Below are positions 1-9,811 of a stretch of DNA of 64,000 nt, piece by piece. The notes below the pieces were generated by a model. The model saw only the letters and a program-made list of their open reading frames with translations, made no database searches and was not told the origin of the DNA. Position numbers and translations under genes: made by a program. The DNA is taken from positions 1-64,000 of the IMG/VR virus record IMGVR_UViG_3300043409_000928; one strand, 5' to 3'. Numbering within the stretch: the first letter of the stretch is position 1; every line of letters begins with the position of its first letter.

Positions 1-288
1 AGCATAACGGGCATCTTCTTCTGCACGTTCACGGGCTTCTGCTTCGGAATGCTCTTTATCCATGGCACGATCGGAAGTGCAGAAACCCATCTCACGCAAT
101 TGCACACGACCTTGCGGGGTAGAGCCCAGCATCTGCAGATACGCATGGAGACCGTCGATCTCACCACTGAGCCACACTTCCGAATTCCACTGCTCATCAG
201 TAGAACTACGCGGGCGGAAACCATGCACATCCTTGTGGAAGTCGCTGTAGTGTGACTGGAGTTCTTCAACTTTGGTGTATTCGCGCAT
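1..288 (-). CDS. Conserved phage hypothetical protein (runs off window), paralog of 811..1191
   Basis: Manual translation MREYTKVEELQSHYSDFHKDVHGFRPR...; GGAG RBS and promoter upstream; shares DxHKDxxGFRPR motif with 811..1191. Confidence 0.8.
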   Translation of the reverse strand, partial: MREYTKVEELQSHYSDFHKDVHGFRPRSSTDEQWNSEVWLSGEIDGLHAYLQMLGSTPQGRVQLREMGFCTSDRAMDKEHSEAEARERAEEDARYA

Positions 289-321
289 CTGGGTTTCTCC
301 GTTTCGCTAGTGTAAGTGTAT

Positions 322-350
322 ATTATATACCCAAAGGCTCAAACTGTCAA
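322..350 (-). promoter_or_regulatory. sigma70 early promoter
   Basis: TTGACA-17-TATAAT. Confidence 0.85.
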
Positions 351-355
351 CCGAT

Positions 356-466
356 TTAGCCTCTGGTCAGGTCGGGCATAAAACACAATAGAACAACAAA
401 TAAAACAAAGGCCACGCAGGTGATTATTTCATTAATCTTTTGGTCACGATCAAGATCATTCCACAT
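356..466 (-). CDS. Small membrane protein (36 aa)
   Basis: AGGAG RBS; hydrophobic ITCVAFVLFVVLLCF. Confidence 0.55.
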   Translation of the reverse strand: MWNDLDRDQKINEIITCVAFVLFVVLLCFMPDLTRG

Positions 467-477
467 ATTAATTCTCC

Positions 478-561
478 TTAGATTTTAGTAAGTATCCAAC
501 ATTTGACAGCAAAAATAACTGCCACCACTACCACTGTTATAAGAATTTCTACGTCTGTCAT
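478..561 (-). CDS. Small membrane protein (27 aa)
   Basis: AAGGAG RBS; MTDVEILITVVVAVIFAVKCWILTKI. Confidence 0.55.
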   Translation of the reverse strand: MTDVEILITVVVVAVIFAVKCWILTKI

Positions 562-571
562 GCTGAGCTCC

Positions 572-811
572 TTAGTTCCAGTTTTTCTTGTCGCCTAAAT
601 CTTCATTGTAGTCGTAACCTGCTTGGTAAGCTTTTACCTCTGCTGGCGTCAACTCAGTAATGCGTGGGCCGCTGGTACCACCAACACCACCCCTGTGTGG
701 CACACGACTACGACCATAATAACTGTCAGCCGAGCCGCGGTCAAAAGGACTGCCATGTTGTTGCTGATAATCAACGCCATTGAAGGTAATCGTTCTGATT
801 TCGTCTGACAT
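572..811 (-). CDS. Hypothetical phage protein
   Basis: ORF track; HGSPFDRGSADSYYGR; coupled to upstream gene. Confidence 0.75.
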   Translation of the reverse strand: MSDEIRTITFNGVDYQQQHGSPFDRGSADSYYGRSRVPHRGGVGGTSGPRITELTPAEVKAYQAGYDYNEDLGDKKNWN

Positions 812-1191
812 TATACAGTCTCCTTGACCTTAAAGTAATGGTAGGGCAAGCCCAAATCGTAGCACAAGTATTCCCAGTCGCCATTGGCACTGGAAGCTTC
901 CATGATCCAACGAAGTGCTGTAGCACGGTCACCAGCACCCATGCAGATGGTGTTGGTCACATGCTGTTCAAACTTGGCAACAGCTTCAGCTTCAGACGCC
1001 TTGCGGGCGATTTCTTCGCGGTCAATTGCTTCGCCAAGAACTTTGAACTCGGCTTCAAAATCAGCTTCTGTCCAGGTAGAGGTATCAACACCACGGGGGC
1101 GGAAGCCATATGCATCCTTGTGCATATCCCAATACTGACAAGCATACTGCTCTACAGTAGTCATCTCTTCCCAGCTTTTAAAGTCTTCCAT
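811..1191 (-). CDS. Conserved phage hypothetical protein
   Basis: Start moved to MEDFKSW after AAGGAG RBS; DMHKDAYGFRPR motif. Confidence 0.8.
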   Translation of the reverse strand: MEDFKSWEEMTTVEQYACQYWDMHKDAYGFRPRGVDTSTWTEADFEAEFKVLGEAIDREEIARKASEAEAVAKFEQHVTNTICMGAGDRATALRWIMEASSANGDWEYLCYDLGLPYHYFKVKETV

Positions 1192-1221
1192 CTTGCTCTC
1201 CTTGTTCCTTACTATGTTCAT

Positions 1222-1250
1222 AGTATAAGCGATCTAGGCCCAACTGTCAA
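1222..1250 (-). promoter_or_regulatory. sigma70 early promoter
   Basis: TTGACA-17-TATACT. Confidence 0.8.
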
Positions 1251-1290
1251 CCGTTTTCTGGGCTTTTTTGAGTCTATTTTTGTTGTATTT

Positions 1291-1521
1291 TTACAACAAC
1301 TTTAATAACCCTACGATCCCAATGGCTATTGACACCAAATTAACTGCTATTTGTGGCTGATTTTTTGCTCGAATGGCCCAGGTTAAAAATGCCACGGTGC
1401 CTACTGCAAAGACCACAATATTGTAAGGATACATAGAAGGGCCAATGGCATTCAATGTGTGGCCGGCAATAATTAATACTGCTCCGGCCCACTGTAGTAC
1501 TTCGTCAAAGTTAAACTTCAT
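1291..1521 (-). CDS. Small multi-TM membrane protein
   Basis: Three hydrophobic segments. Confidence 0.7.
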   Translation of the reverse strand: MKFNFDEVLQWAGAVLIIAGHTLNAIGPSMYPYNIVVFAVGTVAFLTWAIRAKNQPQIAVNLVSIAIGIVGLLKLL

Positions 1522-1778
1522 TAGGCAAATTCGTAAAATTTAACTGAGGAGTCAAGCTTCTGCAAGTCACGGGCCGCGGCAGTCAATGCACGATACTTGG
1601 CCTGTACTTGACTGCGGGGCAATTCACCATCGCAAGTCAAATTCTCTGGGCTAAGATCTGCATCTAAACAATCAGCAACTTCCTGACGACCTTTGGCAGT
1701 TTGGATTTCAAATTGACGACCTTTGAAGATAGCGTTCCACTGATTCTTCTTGTCGATGTAAGTTTGAAGTGCTTTCAT
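1521..1778 (-). CDS. Hypothetical phage protein
   Basis: Start MKALQ after AAGGA; LSPENLTCDGE motif. Confidence 0.75.
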   Translation of the reverse strand: MKALQTYIDKKNQWNAIFKGRQFEIQTAKGRQEVADCLDADLSPENLTCDGELPRSQVQAKYRALTAAARDLQKLDSSVKFYEFA

Positions 1779-1808
1779 TCTGGTTCCTTTTTTACTGTTT
1801 AAGTGTTT

Positions 1809-1837
1809 ATTATACTGGGTTTTGGGCCTGTGGTCAA
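1809..1837 (-). promoter_or_regulatory. sigma70 early promoter
   Basis: TTGACC-17-TATAAT. Confidence 0.8.
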
Positions 1838-1846
1838 CCAAAATTT

Positions 1847-1897
1847 TGTTGTATTTTTGCAACACTAAACCAGTACTTTTGTTGCATTTTTACAACA
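1847..1897. promoter_or_regulatory. Two copies of an 18-bp palindromic operator-like site
   Basis: TGTTGTATTTTTGCAACA (1847-1864) and TGTTGCATTTTTACAACA (1880-1897); family recurs about 10 times. Confidence 0.6.
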
Positions 1898-2426
1898 TAG
1901 CTAGCCAGCTGTTTTTTGCTTTGGTGTAGAAAATATGACGCCCAATTTGGGTCACTTTGTGCTCTTGGACTGCCCAATACGGATCTTTGATATAGTCAGC
2001 ATGGTAAAACAAACTCTTGTCAAGGCTTGCGACCCTGTGTCCGTGGATCACATCAAATGCAATTGACTGCGCTTCGAACCATAAGTTAGGGTTGGGTTTG
2101 GGTAGCTTCTTAAGGCGGGTCCAAGAAAATTGATCCTTGGCATAAACCACAGAACAAATATTTTTGCCCCAGTAACCAGTGCTGAGCCTGTTCAGTGTGA
2201 CATGGGCCACTGCATATTTGCCAATCTGGTCTTCTACGCCGGCCTCGTAGTAGATGTTGCGAGCCAGACACTCAAGTTCTGCAGTGGTGTACTTGACTGT
2301 GACTGATGTTTTAACAATCCGATTCAGGTCCTGCACCTGCTCTTGGATGTTATCTAATTTTGTTTCAATCCGGACCATAAAAATTAGTGCGGCTGTTGCA
2401 AGTGCTATCCCAATCCACTTATTCAT
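1890..2426 (-). CDS. SleB/Hydrolase_2-family cell wall hydrolase
   Basis: CLARNIYYEA, VAHVTLNR, QFSW, IGRHIFY; N-terminal anchor. Confidence 0.85.
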   Translation of the reverse strand: MNKWIGIALATAALIFMVRIETKLDNIQEQVQDLNRIVKTSVTVKYTTAELECLARNIYYEAGVEDQIGKYAVAHVTLNRLSTGYWGKNICSVVYAKDQFSWTRLKKLPKPNPNLWFEAQSIAFDVIHGHRVASLDKSLFYHADYIKDPYWAVQEHKVTQIGRHIFYTKAKNSWLAML

Positions 2427-2488
2427 CTTTACCTCGAGTAAAGTTTAACAAGTTTCTAGTATAACACAGGTCAGATCATTTTGTCAAG

Positions 2489-2512
2489 AAAAAAGGACCC
2501 TAAGGTCCTTTT
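2489..2512. terminator. Intrinsic terminator (bidirectional-looking)
   Basis: AAAAGGACC-CTAA-GGTCCTTTT. Confidence 0.7.
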
Positions 2513-2532
2513 GGTGTTGCAATGCTACAAAT

Positions 2533-2586
2533 TTATTTCTGATGCTTGTGGCCGCAAATTGGGCATTCTTCTTGTGTTAGGTACAT
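2533..2586 (-). CDS. 17-aa micro-protein with CxxCxHxH
   Basis: MYLTQEECPICGHKHQK; AGGAGG RBS; TATAAATA late promoter upstream. Confidence 0.55.
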   Translation of the reverse strand: MYLTQEECPICGHKHQK

Positions 2587-2608
2587 GATGTAGTCCTCCT
2601 AGCATTAT

Positions 2609-3709
2609 TTATAGGTCCTGGTTAATTTTGGTGGTTTGGCTCTGTCTAAAGTTAGATTTTTCAGGATGGCAGTGTTTAAAGCAGGCAACCAACTGCTGGT
2701 CAGTTCCTTGACTGTTATAAATCCAGTCAAATCCATTGTTGACTATTTGTTTAACTGTGTGATCCGCATTGGCCACTAGGTCAGCTTCTGTTAGGCCAGC
2801 ATTGGTTAATTGTTTTACAAAGTCAGGATAGCGATGGTCAAATGTTTTCTGGAATGACATTATTCCAATAAAGCAACAGGGTGCCACTGACCAGTTACCG
2901 CCAATATAAATCTGTCGAAGGCGTAGGCTATCGCAATTGTTTGCAGGGTCTGGCAATGGTAATGTTTCAACCAGTGGAGCAATTGCCTGCGGTAATTGAC
3001 CGCGTTTTATTGCTGATTCCTTAGACTGTAATTCTCTAACAGGAATGGTTCTGCCAATTTTAACAGGACTAGTTGATGCAGGCTTTAACCAGTGTGTCGC
3101 TTCTCCATTCTTATCTAGCGCAGGTACATTGTCCCTGTCAGTGTGTCTGGCGCTAAATTGTGAGAAGCCTAGTTCAATGGACAGTTGTTTACATGCATCT
3201 ACTTGGTGTTCGTTGTGTTCAAATATTGTCATGGTCCAATTGGCCGTTCCACCTGCTGACATAAATGCCTGTGCATTTTCTAATATTTGATTCCAGTTGG
3301 TTTGTCTGCGGTAAAGATGATGAGTGTCTTCTAGTCCATCAAGTGCAAAGTTAACCGCAGGCCTGAACTGTGCAAGCCTGCGCCACCATTCAGCGGTCCT
3401 TGCACTTCCATTTGTGTTAATTATTATTGACCCACCGGGACTTGCATTGTAAAAGTATTCAACAATTTCCACTGCATCTTTATTGGTAATGAAATCTCCA
3501 ACTGTTCCATTGAGCAGATAGCTTGTAATACCAACAAGATCTTCCGCGGGCAAGTTTTGTTTTACGCTGGACAAGGACCATGTGTCATTGGTTGAAATGT
3601 TAGGATGTTCAAAGTAGCTGGCTGTGGGATACCTGGCACATTGCGGACATACTGAATTGCATAGCGCACTAATTTCCAAGTGCAAGGATGTTATGTCATT
3701 CCATTTCAT
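2609..3709 (-). CDS. Radical SAM protein with C-terminal Cys cluster (SPASM/twitch-like)
   Basis: CNSVCPQC; FALDG; C-terminal C...PCC...CxxxC. Confidence 0.85.
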   Translation of the reverse strand: MKWNDITSLHLEISALCNSVCPQCARYPTASYFEHPNISTNDTWSLSSVKQNLPAEDLVGITSYLLNGTVGDFITNKDAVEIVEYFYNASPGGSIIINTNGSARTAEWWRRLAQFRPAVNFALDGLEDTHHLYRRQTNWNQILENAQAFMSAGGTANWTMTIFEHNEHQVDACKQLSIELGFSQFSARHTDRDNVPALDKNGEATHWLKPASTSPVKIGRTIPVRELQSKESAIKRGQLPQAIAPLVETLPLPDPANNCDSLRLRQIYIGGNWSVAPCCFIGIMSFQKTFDHRYPDFVKQLTNAGLTEADLVANADHTVKQIVNNGFDWIYNSQGTDQQLVACFKHCHPEKSNFRQSQTTKINQDL

Positions 3710-3760
3710 TGCAATATTTATTCAATAGAAAAGGACCCTAAGGTCCCTGGCGCTGGTAAG

Positions 3761-4375
3761 TTATCTGTTATTATCAGTATTGTTTTCATTTTTTTCTAAT
3801 ATAAATCCTATCCTATCTCCTGCTGGACTATGATAGAATTGCTCTTTCCAAATTGGAATTATTTTGTCGGCATCATGATTTGAAAAATCATCATTGTATC
3901 TGAAATGTACTTCTATTACATTATTGCCAACAGTTTCAACATTGAGCCATTCATATCTGCTGGCTATCTGTTGTATCAGTGGTGGTAACTCAAACACATC
4001 AGGAATTTTGACCCAGTGACTGAATCTGTCTAGCCTATCAGCATCAGTTCTAAATCCTTCTACTGCAAGTACTTGTTGTCCACGATGATAATCAAAGCTT
4101 CTGTGACGGCCTTGAAATATTTCACACCAAAAGTATCCTGTGGGAATCACATCTGATGCTGAGTCTAAATATACAAAGCTGGCACCCATGGCCATTGTTC
4201 TAAAATTCACACAAGGTCTTACAATGTATCGGCCAGCTGTGCCAGGCACAACTCCTGCAGGGCCGCAAACATAGCCCAGTCTTTTGGCCAGAATAAATTT
4301 ATCTATTGCCCAAAGATCTTCGGGCTCTATTAGATCTAATACATCACAATCAGATATTAATTTTGCTTTTGGCAT
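3761..4375 (-). CDS. Hypothetical protein (possible degenerate ATP-grasp fold)
   Basis: DK...YIVRP...NVE..IEVHFR pattern; fold is a guess. Confidence 0.6.
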   Translation of the reverse strand: MPKAKLISDCDVLDLIEPEDLWAIDKFILAKRLGYVCGPAGVVPGTAGRYIVRPCVNFRTMAMGASFVYLDSASDVIPTGYFWCEIFQGRHRSFDYHRGQQVLAVEGFRTDADRLDRFSHWVKIPDVFELPPLIQQIASRYEWLNVETVGNNVIEVHFRYNDDFSNHDADKIIPIWKEQFYHSPAGDRIGFILEKNENNTDNNR

Positions 4376-4488
4376 GTACCTTAAACTCTTGAACTTTAAT
4401 TGCCACTTGATTGTAAATGGTTTACCTTCGGCCTTATGTTTCAGTATCTTTGCAAACTCTTTTTGTTTGTGTTTGCATAATCTGTATT

Positions 4489-4496
4489 TATAAATA
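4489..4496 (+). promoter_or_regulatory. T4-type late promoter
   Basis: TATAAATA, 4 nt before ATG 4501. Confidence 0.7.
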
Positions 4497-4500
4497 GATC

Positions 4501-5145
4501 ATGAAGCCCACTATTGCATTGTTTTTAGCTGATCCCAAGTGTTCAGTACAAAGTGGAAATGGCATAATGAATGCACTTGGGCAATATTATAATTTTAAAG
4601 TGTTTGGAAAAAATGCAGTAGAGGATGTATTTTTCAACGATGTTGATATGATTGCTGTGCCTGGTGGCATAGGCGATGCTAGTAGTTTTGAGAACCTATT
4701 CCGATACAACGGTGAACGAGTTCAGCAATTTGTAAAAGATGGCGGGCGGTATCTAGGAATTTGCATGGGTGCTTATTGGGCAGGCTCACACTATTTTAAT
4801 ATGCTAGATAGCGTAGATGCTGTTCAATACCTGTTACAACCCGACACAGATACACGTAGACCACATGCCAAGAACATTGATGTAACTTGGCTGGGGGAAC
4901 CTGAAAAGATGTTTTGGTACGATGGCTGTGCCCTGGTTGGCGATGCAGACAAGTTTGAAAGTATTGCCACCTATGCCAACGGTGATGCAATGGCAATCGT
5001 ACAAAACCGCATTGGTTTAATTGGGAGTCATCCAGAAAGCGAACAGTTCTGGTATGACAGCTACAGTTGGATGAAGGGCAAGTACCATAACGGTACTCAC
5101 CATCAACTACTGTTGGAGTTCGCTGATCAACTCATGCTCGCTTAG
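4501..5145 (+). CDS. Class I glutamine amidotransferase-like (BPL_N family) protein
   Basis: [13 protein letters not shown] nucleophile elbow, HPE. Confidence 0.8.
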   Translation: MKPTIALFLADPKCSVQSGNGIMNALGQYYNFKVFGKNAVEDVFFNDVDMIAVPGGIGDASSFENLFRYNGERVQQFVKDGGRYLGICMGAYWAGSHYFNMLDSVDAVQYLLQPDTDTRRPHAKNIDVTWLGEPEKMFWYDGCALVGDADKFESIATYANGDAMAIVQNRIGLIGSHPESEQFWYDSYSWMKGKYHNGTHHQLLLEFADQLMLA

Positions 5146-5722
5146 TCATTACGCCGTCGGCAAGTCCATAGTCTACTGCTTCCTGAGCACTTAGGAAAGT
5201 ATCACGATCCATGTCTTTTTCAAACTGCTCAAAGGTCTTGCCTGCTGTGTTATGATCAACATAAAGCTGTGTCAGCACACGCTTCATCTTGGTAATTTCT
5301 TTGTATTGAATTTCAATATCACTTACCATGCCACGAGCACCACCACTTGGTTGGTGAATCATTGTGCGACTGTACGGCAAAACAAAACGCTTGCCTTTGG
5401 CTCCTGCTTGTGCTAGGAATGAACCCATACTGCAAGCCTGTCCCATTACAATGGTACTGACATCACTTTTGATGTATTGCATGGTATCGTAAATTGCCAT
5501 GCCACTGGTGATACTGCCGCCCGGACTGTTTACAAAAAGTGTAATGTCTTTCTCTGGATGTTCTGCTTCAAGGTAAAGCAACTGTGCCACAATTAGATTG
5601 GCCATCTGATCATGCACTTCGCCTTCCAGCAATACAATGCGTTCTTTGAGCAAGCGACTGTAGATGTCATATGCTCTCTCACCTGTGCCGGTCTTTTCAA
5701 TGACCATTGGTACTAGACTCAT
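5132..5722 (-). CDS. clpP: ATP-dependent Clp protease proteolytic subunit
   Basis: [33 protein letters not shown]. Confidence 0.97.
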   Translation of the reverse strand: MSLVPMVIEKTGTGERAYDIYSRLLKERIVLLEGEVHDQMANLIVAQLLYLEAEHPEKDITLFVNSPGGSITSGMAIYDTMQYIKSDVSTIVMGQACSMGSFLAQAGAKGKRFVLPYSRTMIHQPSGGARGMVSDIEIQYKEITKMKRVLTQLYVDHNTAGKTFEQFEKDMDRDTFLSAQEAVDYGLADGVMTKRA

Positions 5723-5766
5723 GATTTTCCTTTAGTTATAATAGATTAAGTTTGGGCTACGTGTAA

Positions 5767-6021
5767 TTATACATAGTTGGGACTGGTGTTTTTACCAAAC
5801 TTCCAGACAAAGCAAGAGTTTTTATTGGACCAACTTACTCCTACTACATACAACGCAATGTCCCAGTGTGCCAGTGTGGCGTTGGCCATGATCAACAACG
5901 AGTCTTGATGTTCTTTGTATGCATCTAGACCCAGGTACCACGCTTCGCAAAAGCTGTCGTGATATTTTGGATCTAGGTGCTCGAGGATCTTGTCGATCTG
6001 TGTTATTTCGTTTACTTGCAT
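5767..6021 (-). CDS. Hypothetical protein
   Basis: ORF track, co-oriented. Confidence 0.55.
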   Translation of the reverse strand: MQVNEITQIDKILEHLDPKYHDSFCEAWYLGLDAYKEHQDSLLIMANATLAHWDIALYVVGVSWSNKNSCFVWKFGKNTSPNYV

Positions 6022-6049
6022 AGTTCAACTATTATAGCTGAACTAATTT

Positions 6050-6367
6050 TTAATTGCAACGAGTTTCTTCCCGAGTCACTGTGCCGTATTGGTCTTGATA
6101 GATGTAACGGGTGCAACTGGGTTGTATTACCTGCGGCTGTGAATAAACTACTGGGGGCGGTGCATAGTAAACTGGGGGCGGAGCATAGTAAGGCTCATAG
6201 TATGGACGGCTTAGGCCATATCCAATAACACCACCAATGATTGCTGGCGCAATCCAATGTCCGCCGTGTCCACGGTGACCACGGTGATGATTGCCATGAC
6301 CATGATGTTGCGCCATGGCAGAGCCGGCAGTCAATGTCAACAATAAAATTGCAATTAGCTTTTTCAT
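6050..6367 (-). CDS. Secreted His/Gly- and Pro/Tyr-rich protein
   Basis: Signal peptide (SAMA), YYAPPPV repeats. Confidence 0.75.
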   Translation of the reverse strand: MKKLIAILLLTLTAGSAMAQHHGHGNHHRGHRGHGGHWIAPAIIGGVIGYGLSRPYYEPYYAPPPVYYAPPPVVYSQPQVIQPSCTRYIYQDQYGTVTREETRCN

Positions 6368-6379
6368 AACAAGTCTCCT

Positions 6380-6700
6380 TTAGACTCTAAAACTCTCACC
6401 GCAACCACAGCGGTCTTTCTCATTGGGGTTGATGAATTCAAATCCTTCATTTAGCCCTTTGCGTACATAGTCCACAGTCAATCCGTTTAGATATACGCTA
6501 CTCTTTGGATCCATAAAAATCATACAACCTTCGCAGTCAAAACATTGATCCCCTGTGGCCTGACTGTCTACATATTCTAACACATAAGCAAGCCCAGAGC
6601 AACCGGTAGTTTTCACTCCAAGTCTAATACCTAGACCCCGGCCTCTGCGGCTCATCATACTTTGAACCTTAAGCTTTGCTGGCTCAGTTAGTTGGATCAC
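6380..6700 (-). CDS. iscA: Fe-S cluster assembly A-type carrier
   Basis: GCSGLAY and CGCGESF. Confidence 0.95.
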   Translation of the reverse strand: MIQLTEPAKLKVQSMMSRRGRGLGIRLGVKTTGCSGLAYVLEYVDSQATGDQCFDCEGCMIFMDPKSSVYLNGLTVDYVRKGLNEGFEFINPNEKDRCGCGESFRV

Positions 6701-7080
6701 TTGTGGTTCTCTTTGTAGTTTGCTACCGCGGCCTTGATAGCATCTTCTGCAAGAATGCTACAATGTATCTTAACGGGTGGAAGCGACAACTCTGTGGCGA
6801 TTTCACTGTTTTTAATACTGCCTGCTTGGTCGATGTGCATGCCTTTGACCCATTCTGTAACAAGACTACTCGATGCAATCGCAGATCCGCATCCATATGT
6901 TTTGAATTTTGCATCTTGAATAATTCCTGTAGCAGGATCAACTTTGATCTGCAATTTCATCACGTCACCGCAAGCAGGTGCGCCAACCATACCAGTACCA
7001 ATACTAAGATCACTCTTATCAAAAGATCCGACGTTCCGGGGATTTTCATAGTGGTCGATTACTTTCTCTGAATAGGCCAT
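6697..7080 (-). CDS. iscU: Fe-S cluster scaffold protein
   Basis: [40 protein letters not shown]. Confidence 0.97.
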   Translation of the reverse strand: MAYSEKVIDHYENPRNVGSFDKSDLSIGTGMVGAPACGDVMKLQIKVDPATGIIQDAKFKTYGCGSAIASSSLVTEWVKGMHIDQAGSIKNSEIATELSLPPVKIHCSILAEDAIKAAVANYKENHK

Positions 7081-7081
7081 A

Positions 7082-7195
7082 TTATTTCCTAAACATGCCC
7101 AACACTTTTGCCTGCATCGATTTGGCAAAATCAGGTTGTGGGAAATTCCATCCTACAAACGCACCTACTGCAAACCAAAATAAAGTTTCTAACAT
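7082..7195 (-). CDS. Small membrane protein (37 aa)
   Basis: MLETLFWFAVGAFVGWNFPQP...; AAGGAGG RBS. Confidence 0.6.
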   Translation of the reverse strand: MLETLFWFAVGAFVGWNFPQPDFAKSMQAKVLGMFRK

Positions 7196-7432
7196 AACAC
7201 ATCCTCCTTAGGATATAGAAATATATTTACCTACTTTTTCAAAGAAAATGAGGCCTTTCAGCCCCATTTCTCATCGTACTTTGCCATGGCTAGTCGACGT
7301 GCAAGCCATAATCTAAATTTTACATAATCCGATAAGTCGTCTTCAACCAACTTACCAAACTCTGCACTTCTTCGATTACGACCATAAGTGACCTCATCGT
7401 TTATGATGAGGTCACTGTCTTCTAGCTCAAAT

Positions 7433-7660
7433 TTACTTTGCTGGTGTAGCGGCTGGCTTTGCGTCTGCTTTAGGTGCGTCTTTCTTTGCACTGTCACTTT
7501 TAGCAGGCTTCTTTTCGTCCTTCTTAACTTCGGCCTTGGCTGGAGCAGGTGCTGTAACAGCAGGTGCGGCTGGCTTGGCTTCTTCTTTCTTGGCGGCAGG
7601 TGCTTGTGCAAATGCAGTAGCGGCAAACATGGTTGCGACGATGGCGGATACTAGTTTCAT
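7433..7660 (-). CDS. Secreted low-complexity Ala/Lys/Pro-rich protein
   Basis: Signal peptide (AFA), PAK repeats. Confidence 0.75.
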   Translation of the reverse strand: MKLVSAIVATMFAATAFAQAPAAKKEEAKPAAPAVTAPAPAKAEVKKDEKKPAKSDSAKKDAPKADAKPAATPAK

Positions 7661-7766
7661 AAAATACCTTTAAAGTTATATACACACATTATTGTCTGTA
7701 TACATATATAACGCTTTGACTGACACTACAGTTGACACAATCCGGACAAATTTGGTAAATATTGTT

Positions 7767-8036
7767 ATGCCTGTTACACCTCCACCTTCAATTGCCGTTC
7801 GAGCCATAATCCAAGGGTACATTCCCGGACAACGAAGAATTTTTATTCTTTGGAACGCTAGAAACACAACTAAACTAGCATGTACCGCAATTGGTAATTC
7901 ACTACCATTTAATAACACAACTGGTTTCTATGTTAATCGGATGAGATTTGGCAGAGGCGCTACTTTTTTATTCACTGCAACTGGCCCAGGTGGCAGTAGT
8001 CAAGCAGTAATATCAGTAAGCCCACAAAACTTTTAA
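7767..8036 (+). CDS. Hypothetical late protein
   Basis: TAAATA-5nt-ATG at 7767. Confidence 0.55.
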   Translation: MPVTPPPSIAVRAIIQGYIPGQRRIFILWNARNTTKLACTAIGNSLPFNNTTGFYVNRMRFGRGATFLFTATGPGGSSQAVISVSPQNF

Positions 8037-8287
8037 CAACATAGTCCGGACAATTTAAGTAAAACTTCTGTTTCTTTTTCTACATCGGCCCAAATATCTA
8101 CGGTGATACTGTGTGGTGTCATTGCTCCATTGGTCCAGTACATTTGATCTGTGGTAATTCCAAACTGTTCCACCACTTGACGACCGTCGGGCAGTTGCGT
8201 CCACTCATACACAGCGGCCGCGGCATATATTTCAACATCTGCCGGATCACCTAATTTAAGATTTACAAGCCTTACTCGCTGTCGCAT
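8033..8287 (-). CDS. Hypothetical protein
   Basis: ORF track; overlapping operon. Confidence 0.6.
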   Translation of the reverse strand: MRQRVRLVNLKLGDPADVEIYAAAAVYEWTQLPDGRQVVEQFGITTDQMYWTNGAMTPHSITVDIWADVEKETEVLLKLSGLCC

Positions 8288-8583
8288 TCAATCAGTATCT
8301 TGGCCATGGCCAAGTCCTCTCTATTTTTAAAAGCCACTGCAATACCAATGGTGTTGCCACGATTGGGATCAAGAAACTGTTGCTGTGCCACATTGATGAT
8401 GCTAATTTGGTGTTCTTCCAATTGCTGTCGAACTTCTGCAATGGCCGCACGAATCTCCTGTTGTATATTAATAAACTCGTTGCCTGTTACATCTTCATAG
8501 AAGTGAAACTTTTTATACACCATCCAGTAGTGTGACCGTTCATCGGTCCACATATGATTAAAATCGTTTATTGCTTTTGCCAT
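8272..8583 (-). CDS. Hypothetical protein
   Basis: ORF track. Confidence 0.6.
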   Translation of the reverse strand: MAKAINDFNHMWTDERSHYWMVYKKFHFYEDVTGNEFINIQQEIRAAIAEVRQQLEEHQISIINVAQQQFLDPNRGNTIGIAVAFKNREDLAMAKILIECDSE

Positions 8584-9532
8584 TTAGTGTCTCATTAACA
8601 AACTTTTTAATTTTGTCTTGCATGTCAATTGTAGTAGAATCTGATCTACAAATTGCATACTGATTATAGATATTCATTGCCTTCCCGCATTCGCCATCAA
8701 CTGAAGGGGTATGAGCACCTCTGTTTGAGGTGTCCCATCCGTGAGTTGCATCAGGATAGTGAATCCATGCAGTGGCTTCTGTAAAGATTCTAGTAGAACA
8801 CTGGCTACTTGGTGTAGCAGTATCTTTACCACCAGTGAACACAATCACAGGAACCCAGTATGGACCAAGTCTTGGGGAATCTCTATAGCCTTGACTCTGA
8901 CATACTGGGTACAAACTAATGCCGCCCTGGTAGATACCTTTGGCATTTTCTGTGATAAACTTTTCATCAGTAAATGTTCGCATTACCGTCCATCCGCCTT
9001 GACTACCACCCATTAAAAATATCTTGTTTTTGTCAACTCCTTGCGTTTGTAGCCATCGTCCTGCGGCAATAGAATCAAGCATACGCATATTGACACCAAA
9101 GCGATTAAAAGTTGCCCAATTCTCTTCTCGTCCGCGAGACCAAAAGCTGTCAAGTATCAGAGTGTTGGCACCCAATGCACTACGGGCCCACAATGCAGTG
9201 GCAAAGTCGCCAGGTACTAATCCATGACCACCATGTACTATAACAAATGTGGGCCTATCTTTTACTCCGGCTGGATGTGGATTCCAACTTGCAAGCAAAT
9301 TACCCTGCCCGTTAAAGGAAGGAATAGTGGCCTGCATAGGTGCCAAATTTACTTTAATTGTATTGTTATAAAGACTGAACGCATTTTTTAGCGGACGTTC
9401 CGGAGCAGTTGTTGTTATAATAGGTGGTTGAAAATATTCAACATCTGCAACATTAAATGCACTGGTTGAAGCGCAACCAGTTAAAGTAAACCCCAACGCT
9501 AGGACCAATTTGCAAAGCATAATACACTCCAA
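8558..9532 (-). CDS. Alpha/beta hydrolase (dienelactone hydrolase-like) lipoprotein
   Basis: Lipobox LTGC; HGGHG; GGSQGG; D and HGWD. Confidence 0.8.
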   Translation of the reverse strand: MECIMLCKLVLALGFTLTGCASTSAFNVADVEYFQPPIITTTAPERPLKNAFSLYNNTIKVNLAPMQATIPSFNGQGNLLASWNPHPAGVKDRPTFVIVHGGHGLVPGDFATALWARSALGANTLILDSFWSRGREENWATFNRFGVNMRMLDSIAAGRWLQTQGVDKNKIFLMGGSQGGWTVMRTFTDEKFITENAKGIYQGGISLYPVCQSQGYRDSPRLGPYWVPVIVFTGGKDTATPSSQCSTRIFTEATAWIHYPDATHGWDTSNRGAHTPSVDGECGKAMNIYNQYAICRSDSTTIDMQDKIKKFVNETLNGKSNKRF

Positions 9533-9574
9533 TGAGTTTAAGTACTTTGATTTTAACTGAAAATGTCAGTTAGG

Positions 9575-9811
9575 TCAACCGTTTTTTGTGTGAGTGCTTT
9601 TGGCAATTTGGGCCAAGCTACTCAGAACCAATGACTGTGCTATGGCCCAAGCGCCTTGCCAGACCCAGAACTTTACAGGATCAGTGGACCAAAATTCAAG
9701 TATCATGATTTCGGTGCCAATTGCAAGTGCAATCAATCCCAGTAGAAACAGGGCACCACCCAGCATGAACGTTCTTTCAATTAAGCGCAGTTCGGCTCCC
9801 ACATTACGCAT
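9575..9811 (-). CDS. Membrane protein
   Basis: Two hydrophobic segments. Confidence 0.55.
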   Translation of the reverse strand: MRNVGAELRLIERTFMLGGALFLLGLIALAIGTEIMILEFWSTDPVKFWVWQGAWAIAQSLVLSSLAQIAKSTHTKNG

